64,000 bases of DNA, taken from positions 40,914-104,913 of the forward strand of contig JBKJIQ010000003.1 of NCBI GenBank assembly GCA_046598395.1, given 5' to 3'. Position numbers and translations under genes: made by a program. Shown in pieces: positions 37,541 through 47,450 of this stretch. The notes under the pieces are model-generated. The model had not been told where the DNA came from. It worked only from the letters and a program-made list of their open reading frames with translations, and did no database searches. Every line of letters starts with the position of its first letter. Position 1 is the stretch's first letter. Source of the stretch: Acidimicrobiia bacterium (lineage in GTDB: Bacteria; Actinomycetota; Acidimicrobiia; IMCC26256; JAENVU01).

Positions 37541-38839
37541 ATGGCATCCACCACACTGAGTCCCGCCGAGGCTGCGGCCCGGATGCACCCGCACGACACG
37601 TTGGGGATACCGCTAGGCCCCGGCCAACCCACGGCGTTTCTCCACGCCCTCGGCGACCGAGATGACTGGGTCGAACTCACGGTCTTTGGTGCCCTGTTGG
37701 TCGACCTCTACGCCGTGTTCACCAAGCCGGGAGTGCGCTATCTCTCCGGATTCTTTGGACCGGCCGAGCGGTTCCTCGTCGACAGTGGCGCGCGGGTGGA
37801 GTTCATCCCGGCCGACTTCCGCCGCTTCACCCGTATCGCCGAGCAACTCGCGCCCCGTGTCGTCGCCACCGTCGCGGCACCACCCGATGCCAACGGATTC
37901 CTTTCGCTTTCGCTGCATGCCGGCGCAACCGTCGACGCCATCACGCAGGCCGCCGCTGACCCACAACGACTGCTCGTGGTGGAGGCCAATCCCAAGTTCC
38001 CAACCACTCGTGGACTGCTCCCGGCCTTTCCGCATCGCATCCATATCGACGAGATCGACGTCCTCGTCGAGTCGGATCGCGATCCGTTCGTTCTGCCGGA
38101 GGAGGAACCCGGCGAGGTGGACCGCGCGATCGCGGGACACGTGCAGCCGCTGGTGCCCGATGGGGCCACGCTGCAAACCGGGATCGGCGGAATCCCGTCG
38201 ACAATTGTCGGCCTGCTCGCGAACGGCGACGGCGGCGACTACGGCGTGCATTCCGAAATGTTCACCACCGGCCTCATGGCCCTTCACCGCGCGGGCAAGG
38301 TCTCCAACCGTCACAAGGGCCAGTTCGATGGCGTGTCGATCACCACGTTCGCAGCAGGAACGCTGGACCTCTACGCCTGGTTGGACGGCAACGACGAGGT
38401 CGCGTTTCTCCCCGTCGACGTCGTGAACTCCCCGGAAGTCATCGCGCGCAACAACACGATGATCACTATCAACGGCGCGTTGATGGTGGACCTCTTCGGC
38501 CAGGTCGTCGCCGACACGATCGGCGGGCGCCAGTTCTCGGGGATCGGCGGCCACGAGGACTTCATCGCCCAATCCGGACTCTCCCTCGAAGACCGATCGC
38601 TCATCTGCATGCCGTCCACATCTATGGTCGACGGCGTGCCGATCTCGCGTATTTCGGCGGCACTACCCGAGGGGTGGATCGTGACGACGCCGCGCCATCA
38701 GCTCGACCTCGTGGTGACCGAACACGGCGTCGCCCACCTCCGCGGCCGGACGGTGCGTGAACGGGCGCGCGCCTTGGCCGACATCGCGGATCCCGCCTTC
38801 CGAGACGCGTTACGCACCCGCGCGGAGCTCCTCCACTAA
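37541..38839 (+). CDS. Acetyl-CoA hydrolase/4-hydroxybutyrate CoA-transferase family
   Basis: GATLQTGIGGIP, GVHSEM, DLFGQV, SGIGG..DF, VVTEHGVA.LRG, IADPAFR. Confidence 0.9.
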   Translation: MASTTLSPAEAAARMHPHDTLGIPLGPGQPTAFLHALGDRDDWVELTVFGALLVDLYAVFTKPGVRYLSGFFGPAERFLVDSGARVEFIPADFRRFTRIAEQLAPRVVATVAAPPDANGFLSLSLHAGATVDAITQAAADPQRLLVVEANPKFPTTRGLLPAFPHRIHIDEIDVLVESDRDPFVLPEEEPGEVDRAIAGHVQPLVPDGATLQTGIGGIPSTIVGLLANGDGGDYGVHSEMFTTGLMALHRAGKVSNRHKGQFDGVSITTFAAGTLDLYAWLDGNDEVAFLPVDVVNSPEVIARNNTMITINGALMVDLFGQVVADTIGGRQFSGIGGHEDFIAQSGLSLEDRSLICMPSTSMVDGVPISRISAALPEGWIVTTPRHQLDLVVTEHGVAHLRGRTVRERARALADIADPAFRDALRTRAELLH

Positions 38840-38869
38840 CCGCAACGACGGCCAACCGCCCGGTGGGAG

Positions 38870-39733
38870 TCAGCGCACGCGCGCGGCGAATTCCTGGAGT
38901 GCGTCGATCCACTCGGCCCGGGTCGTGCACCCGGGAAACCCCACCGTGAGCCACTCGATGCCAAGATCCGCATAGATCGTGTGGTCGTCGCGCCGATCGA
39001 AGGCACCGAAACAGATCGTGAGCGGCGTGGCCCGACCGATCTCCTCCGCGTAGGCGCGGGCGGCGTCGAGCCTCACCACCAGTTCATCGAGATTCGTGAT
39101 CGCCGGGGTCTTGGTGGCACGTACCGCGGCGGGTGGGTTGGGAAATGGAGACCACCCGTCGCCGATCTCGATCGCGCGGCGCATCGCGCGCATGCTGTTC
39201 CCGCCGATCCAGATCGGCACCGAATCCGGGTGAGGAAGCTGGGTGACACCGCGGGCCGAGAATCGATCCGTCGTGATCGCGACACCATCGTCGGTCCAGG
39301 CCCGACGCATAACCGCGACCGTCTCGTCCAGCACGTCGTTGCGGAGTTCGAAGTCGGCACCGAGAGCGGCAAACTCCGGTTTGAGATAGCCCGCGGCAAC
39401 GCCGAGGATCACCCGCCCGCCCGAAAGGTTCTGCAGGGTGGCCACCCCCTTCGCGGCCAAGAAAGGATTGCGGTACGCGGCCACGAAGACGTGCGTGTGC
39501 AACAAGATCCGGCGGGTCGCTGCCGCGGCGAAGGCCAACGCAATCAACGGATCCTGGGCGTGATGACCACCGCCCGCGAGCCAACGATCGTCCGGCGCGG
39601 GATGGTCGGTCACAAAGACCGCGTCCAGCCCGGTGGCCTCGACAGCAGCTGCCATCTCGGCAATGGCGTCGCCGGTCACAAACTGCTGCGGAGCGGCAAC
39701 ATGGTCAACGGGGAGTCCAACGGAGTAGCGCAT
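38870..39733 (-). CDS. LLM-class (probably F420-dependent) oxidoreductase
   Basis: VTDHP, DP..AL, YRNPF, SGGR..LGVAAGY, IWIGGNS, GDGW.P. Confidence 0.88.
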   Translation of the reverse strand: MRYSVGLPVDHVAAPQQFVTGDAIAEMAAAVEATGLDAVFVTDHPAPDDRWLAGGGHHAQDPLIALAFAAAATRRILLHTHVFVAAYRNPFLAAKGVATLQNLSGGRVILGVAAGYLKPEFAALGADFELRNDVLDETVAVMRRAWTDDGVAITTDRFSARGVTQLPHPDSVPIWIGGNSMRAMRRAIEIGDGWSPFPNPPAAVRATKTPAITNLDELVVRLDAARAYAEEIGRATPLTICFGAFDRRDDHTIYADLGIEWLTVGFPGCTTRAEWIDALQEFAARVR

Positions 39734-39781
39734 AGGACGCGCACGCTACCGTCATGGCCCATCCCACCGAAGGAGAGCGTG

Positions 39782-41017
39782 ATGTCCGTCGCCGACGAGG
39801 TGCAACTGAGCGAAGCCGAGTTTTGGGTTGCGCCCGACGCGGATCGCGAAGCCGGTTTCAGACGCCTGCGCGACGAAGCACCGATCACCTTCTACCCGGA
39901 GCCCGACTACGGAGATATTCCACAAGGCCCGGGGTACTGGGCGCTCACCCGGTACGACGACGTGATGTACGCCAGTCGCCACCCCGAGCTGTTCTGCTCC
40001 GGAAACGGCGGCACCAACATCGGCGACATTCCCCAAGAGATCGCCGACTTCATCGGCTCGATCATCAACATGGACGATCCCCGCCACAAGAAGCTCCGCA
40101 GCCTGGTCAATCACGGCTTCACTCCGAAAGCGCTCGCACAATTGCTCGACGCCGTACGGGACCGCACCACCGAAGTGATCGACGCCGTCGCTGAGAAAGG
40201 CGAGTGCGACTTCGTGGCCGAAATCGCGGCGCCGATGCCGCTCGCCATCGTGTGCGACATGGTGGGCGTTCCACCGTCGCAGCGCCAGGCGATCTTCGAG
40301 GCCAGCAACCTGATCCTCGGCGTTGGTGACCCGGAGTACGTGCAGTCGATGGAACAGCTCATGGCCGCGTTCATGTCGGTCCACCAGATCGCCATGGAGA
40401 TCGGCGAACATCGCCTCAAGAATCCCGCCGACGACATCACCACGATCCTCATGAACTCCGAAGTCGACGGCGAACGCCTCACCGTCGCCGAGTTCGCATC
40501 GTTCTTCATTCTCTTGGTGGTGGCAGGGAACGAGACCACGCGCACGGCGATCAGTCACGGCATGTGGGCCCTCCACCAACACCCCGACCAACGAGCGCTG
40601 TGGTCAGGCGACTTCGAGACCCACGCGCAGAACGCGGTGGAAGAGGTGGTGCGCTGGGCGACCCCCGTCATTCATTTCCGTCGGACTGCCACCCAGGACA
40701 CCGAGATCAGCGGACAGAAGATCGCGGCGGGCGAGAAGGTCGTGATGTGGTTCAACTCCGCCAACCGCGACGAGCGAGTGATCGCCGATCCGTACACCTT
40801 CGACGTCACCCGCTCGCCGAACCCGCATCTCGGCTACGGCGGCGGCGGACCGCATTTCTGCCTCGGCGCCAACCTGGCCCGCCGCGAGATCCGGGTCATG
40901 TTCGAGCAGTTGTTCCAGCGCCTGCCGGACCTCCGCATCACCGCGGAACCGGCGATCCTGCAATCGGCGTTCATCCACGGCATCAAGCGCATGCCGTGTG
41001 AGTTCACGCCCGCGTAG
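39782..41017 (+). CDS. Cytochrome P450 (CYP124/125-like)
   Basis: AGNETT, EEVVR, SANRDE, GGGGPHFCLGA heme Cys. Confidence 0.95.
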   Translation: MSVADEVQLSEAEFWVAPDADREAGFRRLRDEAPITFYPEPDYGDIPQGPGYWALTRYDDVMYASRHPELFCSGNGGTNIGDIPQEIADFIGSIINMDDPRHKKLRSLVNHGFTPKALAQLLDAVRDRTTEVIDAVAEKGECDFVAEIAAPMPLAIVCDMVGVPPSQRQAIFEASNLILGVGDPEYVQSMEQLMAAFMSVHQIAMEIGEHRLKNPADDITTILMNSEVDGERLTVAEFASFFILLVVAGNETTRTAISHGMWALHQHPDQRALWSGDFETHAQNAVEEVVRWATPVIHFRRTATQDTEISGQKIAAGEKVVMWFNSANRDERVIADPYTFDVTRSPNPHLGYGGGGPHFCLGANLARREIRVMFEQLFQRLPDLRITAEPAILQSAFIHGIKRMPCEFTPA

Positions 41018-41034
41018 CACCACGAACAACCGTC

Positions 41035-41430
41035 TCAGGCGCGCACAATCGAGATTTCGGACCCCGCGGCTACGGGGAGAGCCCGGATCAACCGGCGGAT
41101 ATCGGGGACGTCGCTCGTGACGATGACCGACGTTGCGCCGATGGCGTTGAGGACCACCGCCGCGTCGATCGGATCCGACGTCCGCGCCGCACGACACAGC
41201 TCTCCTGCGTCCCGCGCATTTCGATCAAACGGTCCGAGTCGCGTGTGCTTCAAGGCTTGGGCGAGGCGTGCCTGGTTCGGCGATCCGCGCCATACCTGGG
41301 CCAACGCGCCCGCCGGGACCACCATATCCATGCTCGCCTCCGACGCGGCACCAAGCCGAGCCCACATCATGCGGTCGTCGCGTTCGAGAGCGATCAGTGC
41401 GCCCGCGTCGAGCACGAGGCGGTCGGTCAT
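41035..41430 (-). CDS. PIN-domain toxin (VapC-like)
   Basis: LVLDAGALIA, LAQVWR, DPIDAAVV, IVTSD..DI; TGATG coupling to the antitoxin. Confidence 0.85.
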   Translation of the reverse strand: MTDRLVLDAGALIALERDDRMMWARLGAASEASMDMVVPAGALAQVWRGSPNQARLAQALKHTRLGPFDRNARDAGELCRAARTSDPIDAAVVLNAIGATSVIVTSDVPDIRRLIRALPVAAGSEISIVRA

Positions 41431-41648
41431 CAGGGTTGAAGTTCTCGACGCGCTCGACGCCGTTCGGCATCCGTGAACGCACCGTTTTCGTCCTCCCATG
41501 ACGCGACGACCCCACGCAGGCCCTGGGCGCGCAGTTTGCGCTCGGCCGCGTCGGCGATCCAACCGGAAATGGTTTCACTACCCGCCGCGTCCCGGATCTG
41601 CTGCGCGAGATCGGTTTCCAGCGAGACCGCCAGTCTGCTTGTCGTCAT
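41430..41648 (-). CDS. Putative antitoxin (RHH-like)
   Basis: MTTSRLAVSL...ISGWIADAA..KLR...WEDENGAFT; 72 aa, upstream of the PIN gene. Confidence 0.75.
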   Translation of the reverse strand: MTTSRLAVSLETDLAQQIRDAAGSETISGWIADAAERKLRAQGLRGVVASWEDENGAFTDAERRRARRELQP

Positions 41649-41735
41649 ACGATGATATTACTGCAAGCGCCCGTCCGGAAACGGTTCAAGACCACCCCAG
41701 CGCGCCAACGTCGCCAAGCCGTAGATTGGCTGGTC

Positions 41736-42596
41736 ATGACCACTCTCGAACCCTTCGACCCGGGGTACGGGCCGCTCGTGAACACCACCGTGCGCGTGGC
41801 CGCGTGGAACATCTGGGCGCGGTACGCGGCGTGGGAAGTTCGCGGACCGATTATCGAGGCGCAACTCCGCGCCGCGGCGCCCGACATCTGCCTGCTGGTG
41901 GAAGTCTGGGACGAACCGGGCGGGCGATCCCAGGCGCAGGAACTCGCCGATGCACTCGGCGATTTCGATCACGTGTACGCGTCGAACCTCACGTTCGCCG
42001 ACGGCGTGCGCGCGGGAAACGCGATCCTCAGCCGCTGGCCCATCTCACGTTCCGAGGTACGCACGCTCCCCCTCAGCGCGCCCAACGGCTCGAGCGATGC
42101 CGACGATGAGGAACGTCTGTGCGTGTTCGCGGAAATCGACGGACCGCGCGGCCCGATTCAAGCGTTCGGCGCGCACCTGTCGTGGCGGGCGGATCACGGC
42201 GCCATACGCCAGGAGCAGACCCGGGCGATCGCCGAGTTCGCCCGGGACACACGACCGCGCGACTTCCCCGCGGTGCTGGGTGGCGATCTCAACGCGGCTC
42301 CCGACACCGACGAGATTCGGATGCTCACCGGGCATGCGGCTGTCCCCGTCCCGGGCATCTGGTTTCGAGACGCGTGGGTCCACGGTGGCGACGGGCCCGG
42401 GTTCACATGGTCGAACACGAATCCGTGGGCCGCAACCAGCCTCGACATCGATCGGCGCATTGACTACGTGCTCGTGGGCCACCCCAAGCTCGGTGGGGTG
42501 GGCGACGTCGTCCACACCGAACTCCTCGGCGACACTCCCGTCGGCGGCGTCTTCGGTTCCGATCATTTCGGTGTCGTCACGGACCTGCGGTACTGA
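41736..42596 (+). CDS. Endonuclease/exonuclease/phosphatase family protein
   Basis: AWNIW, GNAILSRWP, HL, GGDLNA, RIDYV, SDHFGV. Confidence 0.9.
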   Translation: MTTLEPFDPGYGPLVNTTVRVAAWNIWARYAAWEVRGPIIEAQLRAAAPDICLLVEVWDEPGGRSQAQELADALGDFDHVYASNLTFADGVRAGNAILSRWPISRSEVRTLPLSAPNGSSDADDEERLCVFAEIDGPRGPIQAFGAHLSWRADHGAIRQEQTRAIAEFARDTRPRDFPAVLGGDLNAAPDTDEIRMLTGHAAVPVPGIWFRDAWVHGGDGPGFTWSNTNPWAATSLDIDRRIDYVLVGHPKLGGVGDVVHTELLGDTPVGGVFGSDHFGVVTDLRY

Positions 42597-42603
42597 ACCG
42601 CCC

Positions 42604-42650
42604 AACTTGCGTCACTTTCCCACCCCACGGGTGGGAAAGTGACGCAAGTT
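42604..42650. terminator. Perfect 22-bp hairpin between convergent genes (bidirectional terminator or REP-like)
   Basis: AACTTGCGTCACTTTCCCACCC-CAC-GGGTGGGAAAGTGACGCAAGTT. Confidence 0.75.
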
Positions 42651-42659
42651 CGAGGTAGG

Positions 42660-43433
42660 TCAGGCGCGGAACCAGGTGCGCGCGGCCGCTTCGAATGCAC
42701 GCTGGTAGGTCACGTAGCGAGCGCGCAACGTGGGTCCCGGCCACGGCTGTGACACCAACGCCGTGGGGAGTTGGGCATCCGCGCGGATGTGGCGCAACGC
42801 AGCCGCGCCAGTGAGAAACGCGGGCGCGATCGCAGTCGACGGATCCGAGCGAAGGTCTCGGATCGCCATCTCGACGCGCTCCACCAACGACTCCGCAACC
42901 ACGCTCCACTGACCCGGAGCGAAGAGCCGGGCGGCGAGCTCCACCGGATCATCCTCGGGACGGGCGTCGAGCCATGCGCACCGTGAATCTTCGTCGGTGT
43001 CGAGATTGGCCGGTCGAATCCATACTCCTTCGCGCCATTCGGCGAGCCGCGCGCGCAACAAAGCGGCGCGCACATCCGCGCGCACCGCCGCGGGCCGAGC
43101 ATCGCCGACGACGACCGCCATCCGCCACGTCCCGGTCCACCGCCGGCGGTGCGGCGTGAGACTTGCAACCTGTTCGCGTTGACGCCGGGCGAGGCCACCC
43201 ACTAGTTCGTAACCAGATCCCGCGCGCCGCAGTTCATTCGCCGCGGTCATCCGGTGCAACGCCACTCGTGCGGTCCCGGCCGAGATGCCAAAGAGGTCGC
43301 ACCAACGCACCAGATCCCGAGCGGACGCGCGTGCAGGATGGCGACCCAACAGCAGGCTGGCCATCACCGACCGCGCGGACAATGACCATTCCTCGGGCGA
43401 TTCGACGGAGATGACGTTACGTGATGGCTCCAT
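42660..43433 (-). CDS. PaaX-like transcriptional regulator
   Basis: ARS...SLL, FGIS.GTARVAL.RM, W.G.W, REGVWIRP.N, D.QLP..L...WPG. Confidence 0.85.
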   Translation of the reverse strand: MEPSRNVISVESPEEWSLSARSVMASLLLGRHPARASARDLVRWCDLFGISAGTARVALHRMTAANELRRAGSGYELVGGLARRQREQVASLTPHRRRWTGTWRMAVVVGDARPAAVRADVRAALLRARLAEWREGVWIRPANLDTDEDSRCAWLDARPEDDPVELAARLFAPGQWSVVAESLVERVEMAIRDLRSDPSTAIAPAFLTGAAALRHIRADAQLPTALVSQPWPGPTLRARYVTYQRAFEAAARTWFRA

Positions 43434-43461
43434 ATGTTGTAATCACGGTAACATTCTCGGC

Positions 43462-44412
43462 GTGGCAACCACCGTGATACCGCAGCCCGACCTGCTCGTT
43501 ACGCCGGACCCCAAGGGGCTCATCGGGCCGAACGGAAAGCCCAAGCCGAAACTGCGCGAAGAACTCCGCAAGATCCCCACGTTCCATAACGTGATGAACG
43601 CGATCGTCCTCTACGCGGTAACCATCGGGATCTTCGTCACCGTGGCGTGGGTCAACAACATCTTCGTGTGGATCGCCGCCTTCCTTGCCATGGGTCCGAT
43701 CCACGCACGGTTCGCGATTTTCATGCACGAAGCTGCGCATCGTCTCCTGTTCTCGAACCGGAAGGCCAACGATTTCTTCGGCAAGTGGTTCATCGCGTTC
43801 CCCGCGTTCGTGCCGATCGATCTCTACCGGCGGGGACACATGGCGCACCACCGCGAAGAGTTCGGACCCAATGAACCCGACATTCCGCTGTACCGCGGCT
43901 ATCCGATTCCACGAGACTCGATGCTGCGCAAATTGCGCCGGGACGCGCTGGGGATCACGGGCTGGAAGTTGACGAAAGGACTCTTCCGCGGGGTGGTGGC
44001 CGAGGATGCCAAGGTCCGGGATCAAGCTCGTGGCATCGTGGCCGTGCAACTCATCATGCTCGGTCTCTTCACCGCGTTCGACCACCCGTGGATGTACTTC
44101 CTGTTGTGGTTTCTCCCCCATCTCACGGTGTGGCGGGTGATCAACCGGCTTCGCGGTATCGCCGAGCACGGCGGGATGAAGCACTCGTCCGATCGACGCG
44201 AGACCACCCACTCGGTCCGCCAGCATTGGCTCGCCCGCCTCACGATCGTGCCGTACTTCACGGGCTGGCATCTCGCGCATCATGTTGACTCAGGGATCCC
44301 GATGCGCAACCTTGCGCGCCTGCACGATGAACTCATCGCCGCGGGATACGTGCAACCCGAACTCGAATACCCGAACTACCCCGCGCTCTGGCGCGCCCTC
44401 GCCTCCGGCTGA
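43462..44412 (+). CDS. Membrane fatty acid desaturase-family protein
   Basis: His boxes MHEAAH, HMAHH, HLAHH, plus AEH. Confidence 0.88.
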   Translation: MATTVIPQPDLLVTPDPKGLIGPNGKPKPKLREELRKIPTFHNVMNAIVLYAVTIGIFVTVAWVNNIFVWIAAFLAMGPIHARFAIFMHEAAHRLLFSNRKANDFFGKWFIAFPAFVPIDLYRRGHMAHHREEFGPNEPDIPLYRGYPIPRDSMLRKLRRDALGITGWKLTKGLFRGVVAEDAKVRDQARGIVAVQLIMLGLFTAFDHPWMYFLLWFLPHLTVWRVINRLRGIAEHGGMKHSSDRRETTHSVRQHWLARLTIVPYFTGWHLAHHVDSGIPMRNLARLHDELIAAGYVQPELEYPNYPALWRALASG

Positions 44413-44427
44413 ACTAGACCATCGTGA

Positions 44428-45132
44428 ATGGGACGGCTTGGGGTCATCGCCGGCAGCGCGCTGCGCGAGAGTGCTTTTGCACAACGGGGAGTGCGCATCG
44501 AGCACGCGGGTGTGGCGATGACCGACGTGGACGGTGCGGTCGTGCTGCAACGGCATGGCCTCGACGATTGGACCCCACCGCATCGCATCGATCATCACGC
44601 CCACATCCGGGGGTTCCTCGATGCGGGTGTCGATCGGGTGGTAGCGCTCTCATCGGTCGGCAGCCTGCGCACCGACTGGCCCGTGGGTACCTGCGTAACC
44701 ATCGACGACTTCTACGCACCCGCCGAAACCGTCGCGTATTACGACGACCCGCGGAGCCACACGGTGCCGCGATTCGATCCCGGTTGGCGGGCCCAGGTGC
44801 GCCAGGCGTGGAACGACGCGACCACCACCCAACTGATCGACGGCGGGGTGTACGCCCAGACGAGTGGACCACGATTCGAAACGCCCGCCGAGGTGCGGGC
44901 ACTCACCACCGTCGCCGATCTGGTGGGAATGACGATTGCCTCTGAGTGCATCTTGATGACCGAGGTCGGTCTCCCCTACGCCGCGATCTGCGTGGTCGAC
45001 AACCTCGCGAATGGTCTCGGCCCGACCCCGCTCACGATGGACGAGTTCAATGCGGGTGTCGCGGCGAACCGAGTTCGGCTGATCGAGGATCTCGACGCCA
45101 TGCTCCCTGCGCTCGCCCGGGGTATCGAGTGA
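44428..45132 (+). CDS. MTAP-family purine nucleoside phosphorylase
   Basis: LGVIAGS, RHG, SVGSL, GVY.QTSGPRFETPAE, LVGMT, VDNLANG. Confidence 0.9.
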   Translation: MGRLGVIAGSALRESAFAQRGVRIEHAGVAMTDVDGAVVLQRHGLDDWTPPHRIDHHAHIRGFLDAGVDRVVALSSVGSLRTDWPVGTCVTIDDFYAPAETVAYYDDPRSHTVPRFDPGWRAQVRQAWNDATTTQLIDGGVYAQTSGPRFETPAEVRALTTVADLVGMTIASECILMTEVGLPYAAICVVDNLANGLGPTPLTMDEFNAGVAANRVRLIEDLDAMLPALARGIE

Positions 45133-46382
45133 GCCTGTGTATCACGAACGCCCAGTTCGAAGACGGCGTGGTCGGACTTCGGGCCGAGGCGGGGGTCATC
45201 ACCGCGTTGGGACCAGATGTGGTACCCGTCGCGGCCGATGAGGTCCTCGACGCCCACGGACTCGCGCTCACGCCCGGCCTCGTGAACGGTCACGGTCACG
45301 CAGCGATGACCCTGCTGCGCGGCTACGGCGACGACCTTCCCCTCATCGAATGGCTCGAGACCCGTATCTGGCCCGCCGAAGCCCACATGACCCGCGACGA
45401 CGTGTACTGGGGGACTCGACTCGCGTGTCTGGAGATGATCCGTTCGGGTACGACCAACTTCTGGGACATGTATTGGTTCCAGTTCGATATTGCGCGAGCG
45501 GTGGTCGACAGCGGGATGCGCGGCACGGTGAGCCAGGTCTTTCTGAGCTTCGCCGGTGCGCCCGATGACGCGCGCCCCGAGGCGGCAAGCGACGGCCTCG
45601 ACCGCCTCGCCGAGTTCGGGCCGCGGGTCACGCCGTGCCTCGGACCGCACGCCATCTACACCGTGGACGAACCGGTACTCCGCCTCATCGCGAACCTCTC
45701 CGGCGCGCGGGGTGTGCCGGTGCAGATCCACCTCTCCGAGACCGAGGGTGAGGTCACCGATTGCATCGCCGCCCACGGGTGTCGGCCGGCCGAATACCTC
45801 GACCGTGTGGGCCTGCTCACCGAACGCTCGGTGCTCGCACACGGTGTGTGGCTCGATGACGCGGAGCTCGACCTCATCGCACAACGGGGTTGCACCATCG
45901 TGACCAATCCCGTGTCGAACATGAAGCTCGCGGTCGGCCGCGCCTTCCCGTACGTGGCAGCGCACCGCGCCGGGATTCCGATCGGCATCGGGACCGACGG
46001 TGTGGCGTCGAACAACTCACTCGATCTGCTCGCGGAGCTCAAGACCCTTGCCCTCCTACAGAAGCACACCGCGCAGGATCCCAAGGTGCTCCCGGCGGCC
46101 GAGGCATGGGCGATCGCGACGGGCACCGCCGCGCCGATCCTGGGAGGCACGCCAGTGGCGATCGGTGAACCCGCCGACTTTCTGCTCGTCGATGTGCAGA
46201 GCCCGGAGACCATGCCGGCGCCGCTCATCGATGCGCTCGTCTACTCCGGATCCGGCGCGGTCGTGAAGACCACCGTTGTCGACGGCGTCGTGCTCATGCG
46301 TGACCGCCACATCGACGGCGCCGACGAAGTCCAATCCCATGTGACGGAAATCGCCCACCGCATTCGCACGGCCGCCCCGTGA
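45129..46382 (+). CDS. Amidohydrolase, MTA/SAH deaminase-like
   Basis: PGLVNGHGH, EMIRSGTT, PHAIYT, IHLSET, AHGVW, NPVSNMKL, GTDG..SNN; adjacent to MTAP. Confidence 0.88.
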   Translation: MSLCITNAQFEDGVVGLRAEAGVITALGPDVVPVAADEVLDAHGLALTPGLVNGHGHAAMTLLRGYGDDLPLIEWLETRIWPAEAHMTRDDVYWGTRLACLEMIRSGTTNFWDMYWFQFDIARAVVDSGMRGTVSQVFLSFAGAPDDARPEAASDGLDRLAEFGPRVTPCLGPHAIYTVDEPVLRLIANLSGARGVPVQIHLSETEGEVTDCIAAHGCRPAEYLDRVGLLTERSVLAHGVWLDDAELDLIAQRGCTIVTNPVSNMKLAVGRAFPYVAAHRAGIPIGIGTDGVASNNSLDLLAELKTLALLQKHTAQDPKVLPAAEAWAIATGTAAPILGGTPVAIGEPADFLLVDVQSPETMPAPLIDALVYSGSGAVVKTTVVDGVVLMRDRHIDGADEVQSHVTEIAHRIRTAAP

Positions 46383-46428
46383 TCCCGTTGACGTTCAGCA
46401 ACGAATCACCGGAGACGAAAGGAACCCG

Positions 46429-47124
46429 TTGACCACCACCCCGAGCACCCTTCCCGACCCCACCGCGGCATACGCAGCGCTGCGCGAACGTGTCAGTGAA
46501 CTCGTTCACACCGCGGAGGAGGATCAACTCCAAGCGATCGCACCGGCCACTCCCGAGTGGCGGGTGCACGATGTGGTCTCACACATGGTGGGCGTGACCT
46601 CCGACGTGCTCGCCGGGCGGATGGACGGAGTCACGACCGACGGGTGGACCGCCGCGCAGGTCGATCCGCGCCGTGACCGGTCGACCGAGACGGTCATCGA
46701 AGAATGGAATGCGAACGCGGCAATATTCGAGCCGATGATCCCCGACTTCGGGCCCATCGCGGGTCAGGCCGTGCTCGACGCGAGCACGCACGAGCACGAC
46801 ATCCGCCACGCGCTCGATCGACCGGGCGCCCGCGACTCCGACGCGGTGCACATCGGCAGCGCGTGGATCGGTGACCGCATCGGCGAGTTCCATACCCAGG
46901 CCGGTCACGGCACGTTGCGCATCGAGACCGACCTCTGGACCCGGACCTACGGCGAGGACGACCCCGCGACCACACTGCGAGTTTCCGCTTTCGAACTCAT
47001 GCGCGCATCTACCGGGCGGCGGAGTCGGGCCCAGATCGAGGCGTGGGAATGGACCGGGACCCCCCGGCCGGAACTGGTCGTCATGCCGATCTTCGTCCCA
47101 CTCGCCGAGCCCTTCGACAGTTAG
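46429..47124 (+). CDS. Maleylpyruvate isomerase (MDMPI)-family protein
   Basis: PATPEWRVHDVVSH, WTAAQV, DASTHEHDIR, GRRS. Confidence 0.82.
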   Translation: MTTTPSTLPDPTAAYAALRERVSELVHTAEEDQLQAIAPATPEWRVHDVVSHMVGVTSDVLAGRMDGVTTDGWTAAQVDPRRDRSTETVIEEWNANAAIFEPMIPDFGPIAGQAVLDASTHEHDIRHALDRPGARDSDAVHIGSAWIGDRIGEFHTQAGHGTLRIETDLWTRTYGEDDPATTLRVSAFELMRASTGRRSRAQIEAWEWTGTPRPELVVMPIFVPLAEPFDS

Positions 47125-47136
47125 GCCCTTCGAGGA

Positions 47137-47400
47137 TTAGTTCGCCGATTGGTCGCCTTCGGACGCAACGTCGTTGGACGCGAGAATCTCGCGAGCGGCG
47201 TCAAGGTCTTCCTCGAAGACACACACGCGGAATCCATCGACCATCGCGTAGTAGGGCGCAGCACCGAACGCGTCGCCGAACTTGCCCATCGCCTGGATGT
47301 TCGCGGTCTCGAGAAAGCTGATCGCAAGCTGGGCTTCAAATCGGCTCGGGTAGTTCGCGACCTCAACGATCTGGCCATCCGGCCGGGGGGCACGCGTCAC
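47137..47400 (-). CDS. DUF2007-like small protein
   Basis: FEAQLAISFLE..NI, VFEEDLDAAREIL. Confidence 0.7.
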   Translation of the reverse strand: MTRAPRPDGQIVEVANYPSRFEAQLAISFLETANIQAMGKFGDAFGAAPYYAMVDGFRVCVFEEDLDAAREILASNDVASEGDQSAN

Positions 47401-47450
47401 ATACCCAACGTACTGCCTCGGCGTTCGCGCAAGATACGGTGCGCTCTCCG

